Made by a program: the position numbers and the translations under genes. The notes under the pieces are model-generated. The model worked only from the letters and a program-made list of their open reading frames with translations, searched no databases and had not been told where the DNA came from. DNA of 63,795 nt, the filler included, from Choristocarpus tenellus KU-1152 (taxonomy: Eukaryota > Protista > Phaeophyceae), in assembly GCA_964200185.2 (NCBI GenBank). It is 4 parts of 4 records of this genome, joined end to end, with 100 filler letters (N's around TTAATTAATTAA, not from the genome) between each part and the next. Parts side by side here need not be neighbours in the genome. Positions count along the whole stretch, not along the records: positions 1 to 25,994 come from CAXNAD020000173.1; positions 26,095 to 35,478 come from CAXNAD020003725.1; positions 35,579 to 42,305 come from CAXNAD020007478.1; 1 more part is not named here. One strand, 5' to 3'. Shown here piece by piece: positions 24,901-36,002 of the stretch; position 1 is the stretch's first letter, and every line of letters starts with the position of its first letter.

Positions 24901-25833
24901 GCGGTGCTCTCGCTCTTTACATTCGAGTGTAACATATTCAGTAGAACGTCAAAAGCATCACAGGAGAAATAAAACTAGGAACTCTCCAAAGCTTTGAAAA
25001 TACCTACTTCACGAGTGCGCTAGATTTTTCTCCTTGCACCCATGGATTGAATGCCTTAGGTATGACTGATGTGCTCAATGATACGTGTGAGATCAACAAC
25101 TATGTTGCTTTACAATATCATGGGGAGCTTTCACGTCACTCACTCTACCCTGTCAGGAAGTCACACTGTGAACCCATTGCAAGAACGTGTGACCATCCTG
25201 CAACTAAAAGGAACATCTAAGCCGTGAGTGCGGCTTCACACCCTTTAAATTAGCTGCAACCTAATGACATCATCAACCTTTTTGTCCTTTGTCAGCCCTT
25301 CTCTCTTTGAAAATGAACAAGCTGCCATACCCGGTCCATCATCGTGTCTGCCTCACTCTTTCCTCCATCGCTCCCTCGTCAATATTTTGATTCGATTGGA
25401 AAAATGCCCATGCTCATTTAGTTGGGCCGGATTGATGAGACTAATATCCAAAAATGGCTTTCCCTGCTCCTGGAAGCACAATCAAAGAACAAAAACAAAT
25501 CTCTCCGAGCCCCACAACACAATTCAAGTGGCTCCTCTCAGCACGACTTGAAGAACATAGGGTTAGATGATCAAGTGAGGGGTGCCCATTACCGTGCAGT
25601 CAAATCAGATCACTCTGTGTTTGTTCACGAGGAGGTGGAGGAGGTGAAGCTTGTCTCTGCTGCACCACAGGTAGTCAAGGAGAAAGAACCCTTGCATTGG
25701 GTAGGTATCACAAATGGCGATAGTTGTGCACAGCAGGATGAGAAGGCTGTTGAGGATACTGGGGATGCAGAGGAGGTCTTAGTGCCTCATCTGGACAATC
25801 TCAAGCACAAGGTCTTCATATGTGGACGTGCAG
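4018..25833 (+). CDS. Multidomain membrane oxidoreductase: signal peptide + heme peroxidase + DOMON + cytochrome b561 + cytochrome b5 + FAD/NAD(P)H reductase (3' end lost at the contig break)
   Basis: Phase-consistent GT-AG exons: 4018-4167, 4271-4373, 4711-4913, 5132-5311, 5770-5831, 6423-6501, 7063-7215, 7457-7576, 8011-8144, 9037-9259, 9769-9914, 11008-11107, 11439-11600, 12889-13020, 13521-13662, 14203-14299, 14840-14900, 15810-15935, 16245-16420, 16658-16787, 17225-17306, 17535-17653, 18133-18273, 18555-18694, 18957-19089, 19353-19663 (3605 nt, no stops). Less certain exons follow at 21071-21259 and 24644-24745, then 25422-25833 (LGRIDE...VFICGR). Diagnostic motifs are present for every domain. 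Confidence 0.88.
8436..8687 (+). mobile_element. MITE copy 1 (intronic)
   Basis: Termini AAAGTATCTTAGAGGGT ... ACCCTCTAAGATACTTT. Internal sequence is shared with the other three copies. Confidence 0.85.
10401..10659 (+). mobile_element. MITE copy 2 (intronic)
   Basis: AGTCAAAGTATCTTAGAGGGTA ... TACCCTCTAGGATACTGTCACTCT, same internal sequence as copy 1. Confidence 0.85.
11008..13620 (+). other. Domain: DOMON (heme-binding type), exons 12-15
   Basis: YDLKW...GFIGLGFGSVDMEGADIVFC (Met ligand motif), VSWVRPL...D, VVVAY...SFHG (His ligand). Confidence 0.9.
13640..16787 (+). other. Domain: cytochrome b561 (DOMON-associated/ferric-reductase type), 5 predicted TM helices
   Basis: FAFHGAVMLLAWCVIGPIGIFAARY; WLEVHH; HSIMGTLVMVLVAFQVASG; VHMWGGRALAVLA; fifth helix YYWTYIGFLGVVFAIGE. 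All four heme-ligating His positions are present. Confidence 0.9.
17225..18175 (+). other. Domain: cytochrome b5 heme-binding
   Basis: WVLVDDAIVDL...ENHPGGARVLRGSIGTD...HRHSAQAMSAVAKMVVGYI: HPGG motif, second His in the HSxxA motif, terminal VG. Confidence 0.92.
17820..18079 (-). mobile_element. MITE copy 3 (intronic, opposite orientation)
   Basis: GAGTGAAGTATCTTAGAGGGTA ... ATCCTCTAAGATACTTTCACTCT. Internal sequence is the reverse complement of copies 1 and 2. Confidence 0.85.
18230..25833 (+). other. Domain: FNR-family/cytochrome b5 reductase-like FAD- and NAD(P)H-binding module
   Basis: AGEYM, VQRSY (RxY FAD motif, split across a phase-2 intron), IRLYPFGLMS, GPF, MFAGGTGVSPMLQI, GRID, VFICG. 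Confidence 0.85.
22950..23780 (-). mobile_element. Degenerate non-LTR (LINE, RTE-like) reverse transcriptase 3' fragment, antisense within an intron
   Basis: Minus-strand translations: WSMLHADNVSIVS (decayed YADD), FGLTVSEWKT, QRYKKTDKIVY, KAEALVVVIYHCVTW. These match the RT C-terminal succession of RTE-type LINEs, with multiple stops and frameshifts. Confidence 0.8.
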
Positions 25834-25994
25834 GTGTGTATCCTATCCATCTTGTATCTGCAGAGCTCCATATTTTTTTTCATAATAGCACAGTAAGAAT
25901 CTGTGATTGACCCTTTCGGTTCTGAAGGGGACATGTGTTTCTGGAAGATACACCTGAAACAAGGTCACCACCCAGTGACCCAAATTATCGGGGG

Positions 25995-26094
25995 NNNNNN
26001 NNNNNNNNNNNNNNNNNNNNNNNNNNNNNNNNNNNNNNTTAATTAATTAANNNNNNNNNNNNNNNNNNNNNNNNNNNNNNNNNNNNNNNNNNNN
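25995..26094. other. Artificial contig spacer
   Basis: 44 N + TTAATTAATTAA (stop codons in all six frames) + 44 N. Confidence 0.97.
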
Positions 26095-27403
26095 GGAGTG
26101 CACCGGTGTGTTCTTCCTCTCTGTGTAGCCCCCCCCCCCCCCCCCCAGATACTTTGGGTCTTATGGCATACTTAAGAACGAGAAACTGGCTCAACCCACA
26201 CTAGAGATGTTCGTAAAAGAAACCTGTATTCTGATACACATAGCTGAAACTACTCCTTAATAAACTGGCACTATGAAGGCAGTCTACAAACAAGGGGAAA
26301 GTCCCACAAGTTTGACAAACTTCGCCTTGCCCACTGGTCCAGTGTCTCTAGTTCGAAATGCATGGCACACCTTGAAATCGCATCTTTTGATGTGACGGAC
26401 AAGTGTGTGACAGGCATTAGTTAATATGAAATGCATAATATATTTTTTTATGTTGTGAACTAACTGGAGCGAAGGTTAACACTCTTCCTGTTATTCTTAA
26501 TACTACTGATAAGAAATTCTTAATTGTTTGCGCCTTTCTCACTATCACTATTATTATCACCTTGATCTGGGAACCATTCACTATAGCCACTACACAGCTC
26601 CAATACTAACTATTCTACTACGATTAGATACACTGCCTCCCTTTCTGCATTGATTCTCGTGCGTTGGGTTTCAGTCATCCCACTGTATGTCGCTCCGTCT
26701 CCTCCCCTGACTCTTGTGCTGGGCCTGCCTCGGAAAGGTGTTGCACAATCGAGCCTTCAAGCCTTGCCATCTCATTCTTGGTCCAGTGTTTTCATTGTAA
26801 AGCGACAAATAGGATGGTATAGGTATGCAATCCATAGTCCTTGCCATGTGGATGTTAGATGGTCGAAGATTAGATTTCCATGAAAATAAGTAAGGTACAA
26901 ATTTCTAGAATTTATGTAGGGAATAGTCTCCATCAAAATCAGAGCCATGAAGACGCTCAAGTCTGCGCCGTAGCACGATTGGGTTATTGATTGGTGCCAA
27001 TTGTTTTGATTCACGATGCTATAATGCTCGAAATATGTTACCATGATTGATGGGGAAGGAAGCAATACAGCATATGCAGGGACCTGTGGTCAAAGACAGC
27101 AAACAATATGATAATTATCAGACCAGTAAGGTAATGATGGTTCTCTGGGGAAAAAAAGTCAAAACAGCAGACATTTTATAGAAATGCAACGAAAGAATGC
27201 AGAAAAACACAGAAAACGAGGTTGAAATAGGGAGGAAACAATACAGAAAAAGCATATTCAAAGAATGAAACCTGATCAACATATAAAGGAAGGAAAAGTC
27301 AATACCAAAGTCCAACCCTGGACCTTCATTTGTTCAGAAAAGTAAACAAGTCGAAACTTCACAGTGAATAACAAGAAGAGAAAAAGGAAAGGAAAGGAGA
27401 GAA

Positions 27404-27437
27404 ATAGAAGATAGAAGATAGAAGATAGAAGATAGAA
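27404..27437. repeat. (ATAGAAG)n heptamer tandem repeat, about 5 copies
   Basis: atagaagatagaagatagaagatagaagatagaa seen directly. Confidence 0.9.
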
Positions 27438-28712
27438 AGTACACATCCACAAGACATTGAACGAAGGCAGACACCAGGACTAGCATCAGTGCCTAGGATG
27501 CGTGTCCTTGTTGACCTCCATGCGCCATTCCATTCATCTTGGATTCTGTCGACATGCAGTCGTCATTATTAGTATGTAAAAAGTTCCTTTTTTGCTTCGA
27601 GCTGGCGGTGAAGCATGGAGGGATAGATGCGCCTATCTATGACTTGTCTAATTTTTTTTCCCTTTTTTTTCTTTTGTTGCCGATCTTCTGATTTGAATTC
27701 AAGTATCCACCTTCATCGTTAGTCTACTGGAGGTGCAGCGGAGGAAATACATGGAAGTTGGAAATAATATAGGTATGGTGATGGAGGACAAGAACTCTCC
27801 TCCATAATTGGCACTACCTGAAACTTGTCACAGTCACAACTGCTTGGTACTCCTCCAGAATATGTGGTGGTGATGCTGGCGTGTACCTTAGAATAGGGGT
27901 GTGTACCTGTGTCTATGGCTTTATTCTTATATTATTTCATTTTTCCGTTTGGTGTTGTGCTTATACCTTCTTTTTTCGAGCGAATAGTAGAGGCCTCATA
28001 GATAGGCCTTTGACCTGTGCTTCTTTCCGCTAGGAATTGTACCTCGGTACTGGCGTAATTGTGGAGAACGGAGGGGTGTACACCTAACTAGTGACTGAGT
28101 CTTTATCGTTGTGTCCAAGGTACTTTCTTTTTGCATCGGTTACTTTTTCTTTTCCCACATTTCTTCCACGTATATTTTCTCTACCTTACATCCTCTGACC
28201 ACGGGTTGAGAAGATCAAACTAATGAGTAAGATAACATTAGATATAGCAACCATAGTAATAACAGTGTACGTCACCTAAGACATTGATAGAAACAAGATA
28301 CGCATAATGTCTACTACTGCATGGGAACCCCTGTGTGTGAGAAAGGAGGCAAAGGGGACCGAATATTTGGACGGACACAGGGGGCTTCAGAAGATGCCAT
28401 CCTCGGGTGAGTAATGTGCTCGGACCAGAGTGGAATTATGTGCAAATGATCTATTTGGGACGATAATATAAGTGACAGGTTGTACAATGCCTTGTTGACT
28501 AGTGTAAAAAGAGATTATGCGGAGGTCCACTATGAACGTGTAGCCATGTGTTTGGTCTGGGTGGTGGTAATCATGCACAGTTGCACCTCGATCCTTGCAG
28601 CAGTTAAGCAGATTGGGTACATCCAACTGAAGGAATATAATAGAAAACAATTGGCGCCTACAAATACAGAGATGATAGAGACAAGTTGCAGTCTCCCTAT
28701 GACGGAGACCAT

Positions 28713-28854
28713 AACCCATTCTCTCAACAATAGCAACAAAGATAATCGTGACTGAGTATGGTTCGAGCCAGCTTTCTTCTACAGAGTCCTCTCTATACTG
28801 TTTTGTCCCATCTATTCTTCCCTTCTGCAACCGTGGCTTCTCAAGGGTAGACAT
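28713..28854 (-). CDS. Possible first exon of a membrane/transporter protein
   Basis: MSTLEKPRLQ...SWLEPYSVTIIFVAIVERMGY: a hydrophilic N-terminus then a hydrophobic segment with an ERxxY-like motif. Downstream exons could not be reliably connected. Confidence 0.25.
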
Positions 28855-29730
28855 CTGGATTTCTGGCGTGGGTGTGTTTTATACTGCGCAAGGTTCGAAA
28901 AGACCTTAAACTCAAACAGACCAAAATCGATCCACCTCTTGGACGGTTTTACTCAACGCGCACAAAATGCCCTATGTGACTCCGTCAACATTTACTGAGT
29001 TGGAGGATTAGGAGTTTGTATGGTCACTTGAGAGGTGAAGTGGCGAAGAATATGAATACATTTAATTCGGTGGTGCTGTTGTCGAAAGGACTCTGTGGGC
29101 AGTACTATGTACTACATTTTGTATGCTAATCAAGTTATTCAAACATGTCACAACAAGTAATGTTTTCGGAAACCCACTCTACCCCCGCAGCCCATTCCAG
29201 GTGGTAAGTACACATTGATGATTTGACAAGCCCGGATAGATACAATAATAAATTACTCATGGTGAAGATCTGCAATATCAACAGCACCTTGAGGAAACCA
29301 CGTCTACCACATGGCTAGCCTTACTTCTTTGGTCCACCCTGTCAAGCAGTCAGCCAAAAGGATGGCTGTGAGTTGCTCAATGTAGTCTGAAACCCTGAGC
29401 GAGACGGACACAAAGAGCAATTATTGAGTGCGTGTTCCATGTGTGCACTTTGTACTTTAATAATCCTCTATCACTTCCACTACTACCATAAATTCTACAC
29501 TTTCTGTATGTGCTACTCTAGTTTTGTGTGTAATTCATTCTACTAATTTCTACACATACATATTGTCTAACTTACTACAATATACTGCGTTGAATTTTGT
29601 TTTTTCCACGCATTAATATAAAGTGATCGTTCGAAATATCTGCATCATCGTATGTCCATAATAAGCAGCCACCCCAACACACTTCACATCCTCCAGCTTT
29701 TTTGCGTCGAGAATTTATGAATAGTACTAT

Positions 29731-29987
29731 GAGTGAAAGTATCTTAGAGGGTACGAATTTCGCCCTGTTTGTCCATTTATTTGGGGCTTGGCTTCCCATG
29801 GGATTTTTATTGACATTGTCCTACTCCAAAATGTTTTGGAGAAGTGCAAATGAAAACGTTATGAAAAGGTGTGTCCAGAACAAAGATACTGAAAGCTTCC
29901 TAACAAACACGATGATAGCCAAAATTACATCAAAATCGCAAAATTGAATTTTGGTCCCCAAATGGACGCAGCTCTACCCTCCAAGAT
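29731..29987 (-). mobile_element. MITE copy 4 (different contig)
   Basis: GAGTGAAAGTATCTTAGAGGGTA ... TACCCTCCAAGAT, collinear with copy 3. Confidence 0.85.
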
Positions 29988-31699
29988 TATCTATCTGGGT
30001 CTTGTCCAAAATTGAATGAAGCACCCAAGAAGCCGGAAGCTCCTTCCACTACTACTACTACATGAAGTGATTGCACAAGTGAAGGGTTCATAAAGAAATC
30101 TTTGCACTTCACACAGATGACAGCAGTCCTGCCTTTTCACTTACCAGCAGCAGTAGTAGTAGTAGTGCTAAAATAATTAAATGGAGCCTATACTTGATCA
30201 CATCTGACCTTTTCATGCTTTAATACTAGCTAGTCACAGTTCAACATACTTTTGGTGATCCCATTCTATGTTGCACAGATGGTACATCAGTGATCTAAAT
30301 AACAAAAAAAGTAAGCCTGCATGTATGTATGCGCCTTGCCATCTCTAAATTAAGTCCATATTACGAGTACACACTACTGAACCTGGATGTATGTATTATG
30401 TATTTATTATTCACCTGCCAGTAAAAAAAATAAAAGAAACATTTCTGTGTGTACAACACGCAATCATCAACCACACCACCTACATCAACAGGTGGTACAA
30501 AACACAGGTGGCCTGCTCATCCATTACTATTTCAGTCAGCCAAGTCAGACCAATAAGAGTAGTTTAGAGGAAGTTGTGGGGGGTGGGGTAGTGTAAGGAA
30601 ATTTCCCAGAAATATAAGGAGCAGCCACGTGACACAGAAATACTAAAGGACGAAAAAATGTACAAGACAAAAATCACATGAGGGATAACCCCATTGCCAC
30701 ACCAGAAGACCACCGCTAGAGTACCAACAAGATAGACCCTCAGCCCCTGCCTGTTTCCCAGCCCCAGTGCACCATACCTCTTCTGACTGCCTTTTGTGCA
30801 CCTGTGTCAAATAACTAGTAATTTACACTAGCAGGCAAACTTTCGGTCCCTTGCCCTGGTATATATCCTCGTACGCATCACTCATATGCAACTACTACAA
30901 CATGGCGATACCAACCTTAAGGAACCCATCCCCCTATCTGCTCGGTATTCTTGTTCATTACCGTGGGTCTACCTACCACTATCCTACCCATTACCTGCCC
31001 CTCCTTCACACCACAAGGAAGGTCTGAATGGGTTTCTTGGAGGGCATGCCACACACAAGTCAATCATGGTTGCCTGATGGGAAACAAGTCGGGCAAAGTC
31101 TTGTTACCCCTTCACCCTCTTTCATAAGGAGGGGGGAGAGGACAGCATGGGCACTCTGCATTTCCAGGAGGCACACACACAAAATTCTCCCACTTGTATG
31201 TCACAAGCGCTTGCCAGCATAGCTGGGCACACAACAGGCCTTTCTTCATATACATCACACTGTGTGAGGACAACACAACCCTCCACAATCACAATGCGCA
31301 CAAAATGAACACATCAGACAGGCAGCAAGATAAGCATCAAGAGAGCAAGAACAAAAACAAACGCACAACCACAGCAAGAGCGCCATCACTATCACCAAGG
31401 ACGTCAACACTACAGCCCCTACAGCCCCTCAATCTGTTCCCTGCTTTAGTATAACAATGCATTCCACAGGAGAGAAGCGAGATGAAGACAGCAAGAATTG
31501 CAATTGCAGCCAACTCTCCATTCAAGTCATGCACACGCACACACCACAACAAATGCACCATAGGCCACCTCAATCACTCTTGAGACAACAATCGATCAAC
31601 CACCCGCTTTTGCCTCAAAGCCCACAACAAAGAGCAGAGGACAAACGATCAATTAGCAAAGCAAATGGTTCATGAATCTAATTTGTGCTGAGAAATCCA

Positions 31700-33250
31700 G
31701 CCCTCCACAACGGAGGATTGCCACTACATGAAAATCAGGAGTTACGAACCATACGGCATTCAGGTGGATGCCATCAGCATCACAGAGGCAAATTGTGATG
31801 CGTACTCTTGATTGTCACTGCTGCATCATTACCCCCTATTTCAAGCACAAAAACGTCCCGCAATGCTTGGTTTACAAGAGGTCCACACCATTACTCTCGA
31901 CAATGCCCATGGTATCAGTCCCCGTCCCCTCATAACCTCCCACAACCGCGTTCTGAGATAATGAGGAAATAAGTGAAAATACAACAAATTCCTCTCCCTT
32001 GGGGACTGTCAACCCTCAACCCTCCAGCCCCTACACCGCCGTAAGCAGGCACAAGTGTTTCATGTGCTGTGCGGTCCTCTCTCAAAGACTCTCCAAATAT
32101 ATGATCTTGGGCAGGGGGCAGACTAGGGTGGGACAGCAGTACCGATCGAATTTAAGCAAGAACGGAACCTGTTTTCCCGAGCTCACTCCCCATTCAACAA
32201 GGGCGTGGGCGAGGGTTGAAAAAACCCACAACAAAAGTCAAACATAGCTGAGCTTGAAGGACTTACAAACAAAGAGTGAGGAACAACACACTGAAAGGAC
32301 CTGCTGTTCACTCCGGCGATTTCCCCCCTCAAGTGTATAACGAATCAGCCTTCTTCAAAGACAAAAGAAGGTGTTCTGCAACCACTCAGGGTGCACCAAT
32401 ACCACTCTACAGCCTAGTAGTTGATATTGCATGTAATTGCTCATCCCCACCAAAGGCAAGGGTTGGGGTACCATATGTGTGGTAGCTGGAGGGTTGGCCA
32501 ACCAGAGGTCTTGTACTCTCCCCAAGGACTAAAGGGTGTATCTGAAAGAACAGTTAGAACCATAACTGTGAAGTTCTTGTGCCTGTACCCATCACTATCC
32601 TCCAGCCTTGATTGCCCTCCATCTTGGTTGAATGCATGGTGGACTCTCTCTCAACCCCTCCACAACAGAAATAGGCAGCTCCAGCACAGAAAAGGTCCTA
32701 TACTACACGCCTCCTCTCCTAGGCACACCAGACCCTGACAATGGTCACAGGGGACACACACACCGATGAACAGGTCACGAGCCCAAACCACACCTCCACT
32801 GTGGTTAGCTGATGAACAGATCACCCTGCCCAAGCTGCCCATCATCATACCTCCACAAGCCTATGCACCACACGCCACAGACAGGTTCTCTCCACCACTG
32901 AAGGACACTTACTATACTCATCACCAACATATTGAGAACACAACTGAGACTGTCAAATCAGCAACAGTAAAATGCCATGGTTCACACTACTGCATGTTGC
33001 CCTTCCTCTCCAAGACTCCCCCTCCCCTTCCCTTCCAATCCCTGCCCAGACCACAAAGAAGCAGTGGGCTGTAAGAACTCCAATTCATTACTCGGCATCC
33101 CCACAATTGCCTGTCCTGTGGGCACTGCACTGCAGAAGCAGGCCCCCATTTCATTGGTGCTTCATTCTGAACCTCTCTGTCCCTTGCAGTACTATGCCCC
33201 CTTTCCCCCACCCGTCTCTGACTCTCCCTCCGTTTGACACACACCAGAAG
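31700..33250 (+). mobile_element. Possible highly decayed Ty3/gypsy integrase remnant
   Basis: Faint collinear echoes of gypsy motifs: HTDEQV (~HPQTDGQ), AQTTKKQWA (~AQxxQKxxAD), PQLPVLW (~KLxPRWxGP). No long ORF. Confidence 0.3.
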
Positions 33251-35401
33251 CAGGAAATGCAGTACCTTCAGCAGTACCGGCCCTCCCAACCCCTTCCCCC
33301 CCAAATTGCTCCTCCCTCCCATCTACTCCCAATGACAAGGATGTTCCCAATCCCTACCCCCATGACCTCGATGAATTCAAATCGTGGTCCTTGCCAGCTC
33401 TTTCCCATGATAACCCTACCTGCTCCACTACCCCAGCTCCTCCTTCTACTAAAGCTTTGCTGGAGGAAAAACTACCACTTGGGTTGATCTTTTTGCCACA
33501 AGACATATTCCTACTGTTGCTAAAACTGTGCTGTGATAAGTTAGCGAGTAGGCGTCCAGGCTCCTTCTCTGCAAACTATATATATATATAGTTATATATA
33601 TTCCCATCAAGATGGTGGGAAAAGTATGTAGTGAGGCATGATGGGAACAGGAGTAACCAATAGCAAATGGAGAGGAAGGGAAATGAGGTTAGAGGAGGTA
33701 AGGGAAGAAAAACTATGCAAACAAATGAGAAGCTCACATGCTTCTCTTTTCAACACAATCAACAACATATCAGCATTAATACTATACATAATACTGATGA
33801 CAAGAGGTACAGTACTTCGTTGAAGATCATAAAAATAATGCCTTCAAAAATCGAGATCTCAAAATCAACCTGCCAGCAAAGTTTTCAAGATGAAAAGCAC
33901 AAAAAAGTATCCCGTACTACTTAGCAAAAATTGCATGTTAAAAACACCACCACAACACCAAATGATACACTTCTCCCTTCCATGACAACATCTGCAAAGC
34001 TTCAACAGACAACCGCCCCCCTGGCAAGACTAGGCCCGGCACCCTTGCTGCCCCCCTCAGATTATCTCTTGCCCACACTCATGCACAAGACAACCATTAC
34101 TCACATCAAGCTGTAGCTGGTGGAACAACCCTGTGGACCAGGACTCATATTTAACACGTAGAAAATCCAGAAGGTGGTTGCCCTCTACCATATACGGGCT
34201 GTCCATCTTCCGAACTCGATTTCCAGACTGCACAAAAGAGACAGTGAAAATAAAATCATTAAGAAATTAGAGGGAAAAGAGTCCTTAAAGTTTTAACCAG
34301 TGAAACAAAAGATGGGAAATAAATGCTTCCGTGCATTAGATTGATGGATCAACTGCATACACACATATATATACAGACAGAGAGATTCGTTTCTTGATAG
34401 TAAGCACTTCACCAAATTTGTGCCATCTAAATATGGGACACAACCATACAAAGGGATCTGTTTTGTGGTGAGGCTGGGCTGTGAATCGATTGCTCAATAC
34501 CCTAACCCTAACCCTAACATACACTAAACTCAAACTAAACATGTTGTCATAAAAACTAAGCATCGCATACTCTCGCCCCAGGGATTTATTTGTAATTTTT
34601 TTGAGGGGAAGGAGATCCAACAAACAAAATTAACTATTTCGAGCCACTAGCTTAATCAAAGAATGCCTGTTTACTGTAATTCAGATGGGCGGAACTACAT
34701 AGCAGCAATGCTGATTCACCAAGGTTTTTAACAAAGCGATTTTCTTTTTCAGGCAAGCCTCTCAACTAACTCAATTCGGAACCTCCCACCCTGCCCCCTT
34801 TCCCCCAATTTCGAAATATGCAGTTATTGGAGCACTGTGCCATTACGTACCTTGACTAACTCTTTCTTAGCCATATTGTACTGCCAACTAAACCCTAATC
34901 TTAGGTAATACACAGTGGTTTACACCACGTAAATGCCTGGTTAAAAAACATCTGCTGTAAAGTATTCGAACTCACATCCAAATCATTTGTACTTTGTTTA
35001 GGTTGGGGTTAGGGATACCCCCTGCAGCTGAGTTCCTCCATGGACACTACTACATGAGCCCCTCCTCACACAAGGTTAACATAATGCGAACCCAAGTCTC
35101 CTTCAACCGTGGATCAAAGCGTCATTCTTGTTTGCTGTGTTCGAATGCATTATCGACATCCACAAATCTGGTGTAGAGCCTGTGCGCAAAACTATCTTGA
35201 TATAAGATCATTTTTCACACATTACTTTCTCCAGTGGTCAAACAAAGAACAGAACCTTTTCACACCTAATTCCTCGAGACTTTTTCTCAAATAAAAAATA
35301 ATTAAAACCATTTCATACCTCCTTTCTTCCAATCACTTCAAACCTACACAGCACTACCAAGACATCATCCCAAACAGGACATCTTAGATTCAGATCAAAA
35401 G

Positions 35402-35433
<32 letters not shown>

Positions 35434-35478
35434 ACCCCAACCACTCACCCCCCCCACACACCCCCCCCACATCAACGC

Positions 35479-35578
35479 NNNNNNNNNNNNNNNNNNNNNN
35501 NNNNNNNNNNNNNNNNNNNNNNTTAATTAATTAANNNNNNNNNNNNNNNNNNNNNNNNNNNNNNNNNNNNNNNNNNNN
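35479..35578. other. Artificial contig spacer
   Basis: Identical 100-bp N/TTAATTAATTAA/N linker. Confidence 0.97.
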
Positions 35579-36002
35579 CCGAAAAGGATAACGCCACCCT
35601 CTTCAAAACCCCTGACCCAGGGGCCGAGGCACCCCCCCGTCGCCCCCCCCCCCCCCCCCAGATACTTTGGGCCTTTTGCTATTACACAACAAAAACTCTG
35701 TCCACACTCTCTAGATGCCAAACTGAGGAAAAACAATGTCCCCTGTCAACTACAGGGTTGGTGGGGAGGCAAGGGGACCACGCCAAAACCGTAGGAGCAA
35801 AATACACGCATTTATGACAAGAAGTGAATAGACAGAAACCCAATATCTCACTAAATGACGACTGAAGTCCATTTCATCCATTTTTCTTGTAGAGTATGGA
35901 GTATCACAGAACGTCGGTGGAGGTACATTTTTGTGGGAAGAAAATACTGAAATCCAAATTTGTTTTGGTTCCTAAGAATTATCGTAATTTAACTGAACTG
36001 AC

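Noticed and set aside
4018-25833. Calling the large gene a canonical DUOX/NOX
   Set aside because: No EF-hands or NOX-type ferric-reductase TM motifs were seen. The membrane part is DOMON-b561 type and a cytochrome b5 domain is present.
8436-29987. Repeated AAGTATCTTAGAGGGT as CRISPR-like or regulatory repeats
   Set aside because: They occur as inverted pairs ~250 bp apart around a shared internal sequence, i.e. MITE TIRs. There is no spacer array, and the context is eukaryotic.
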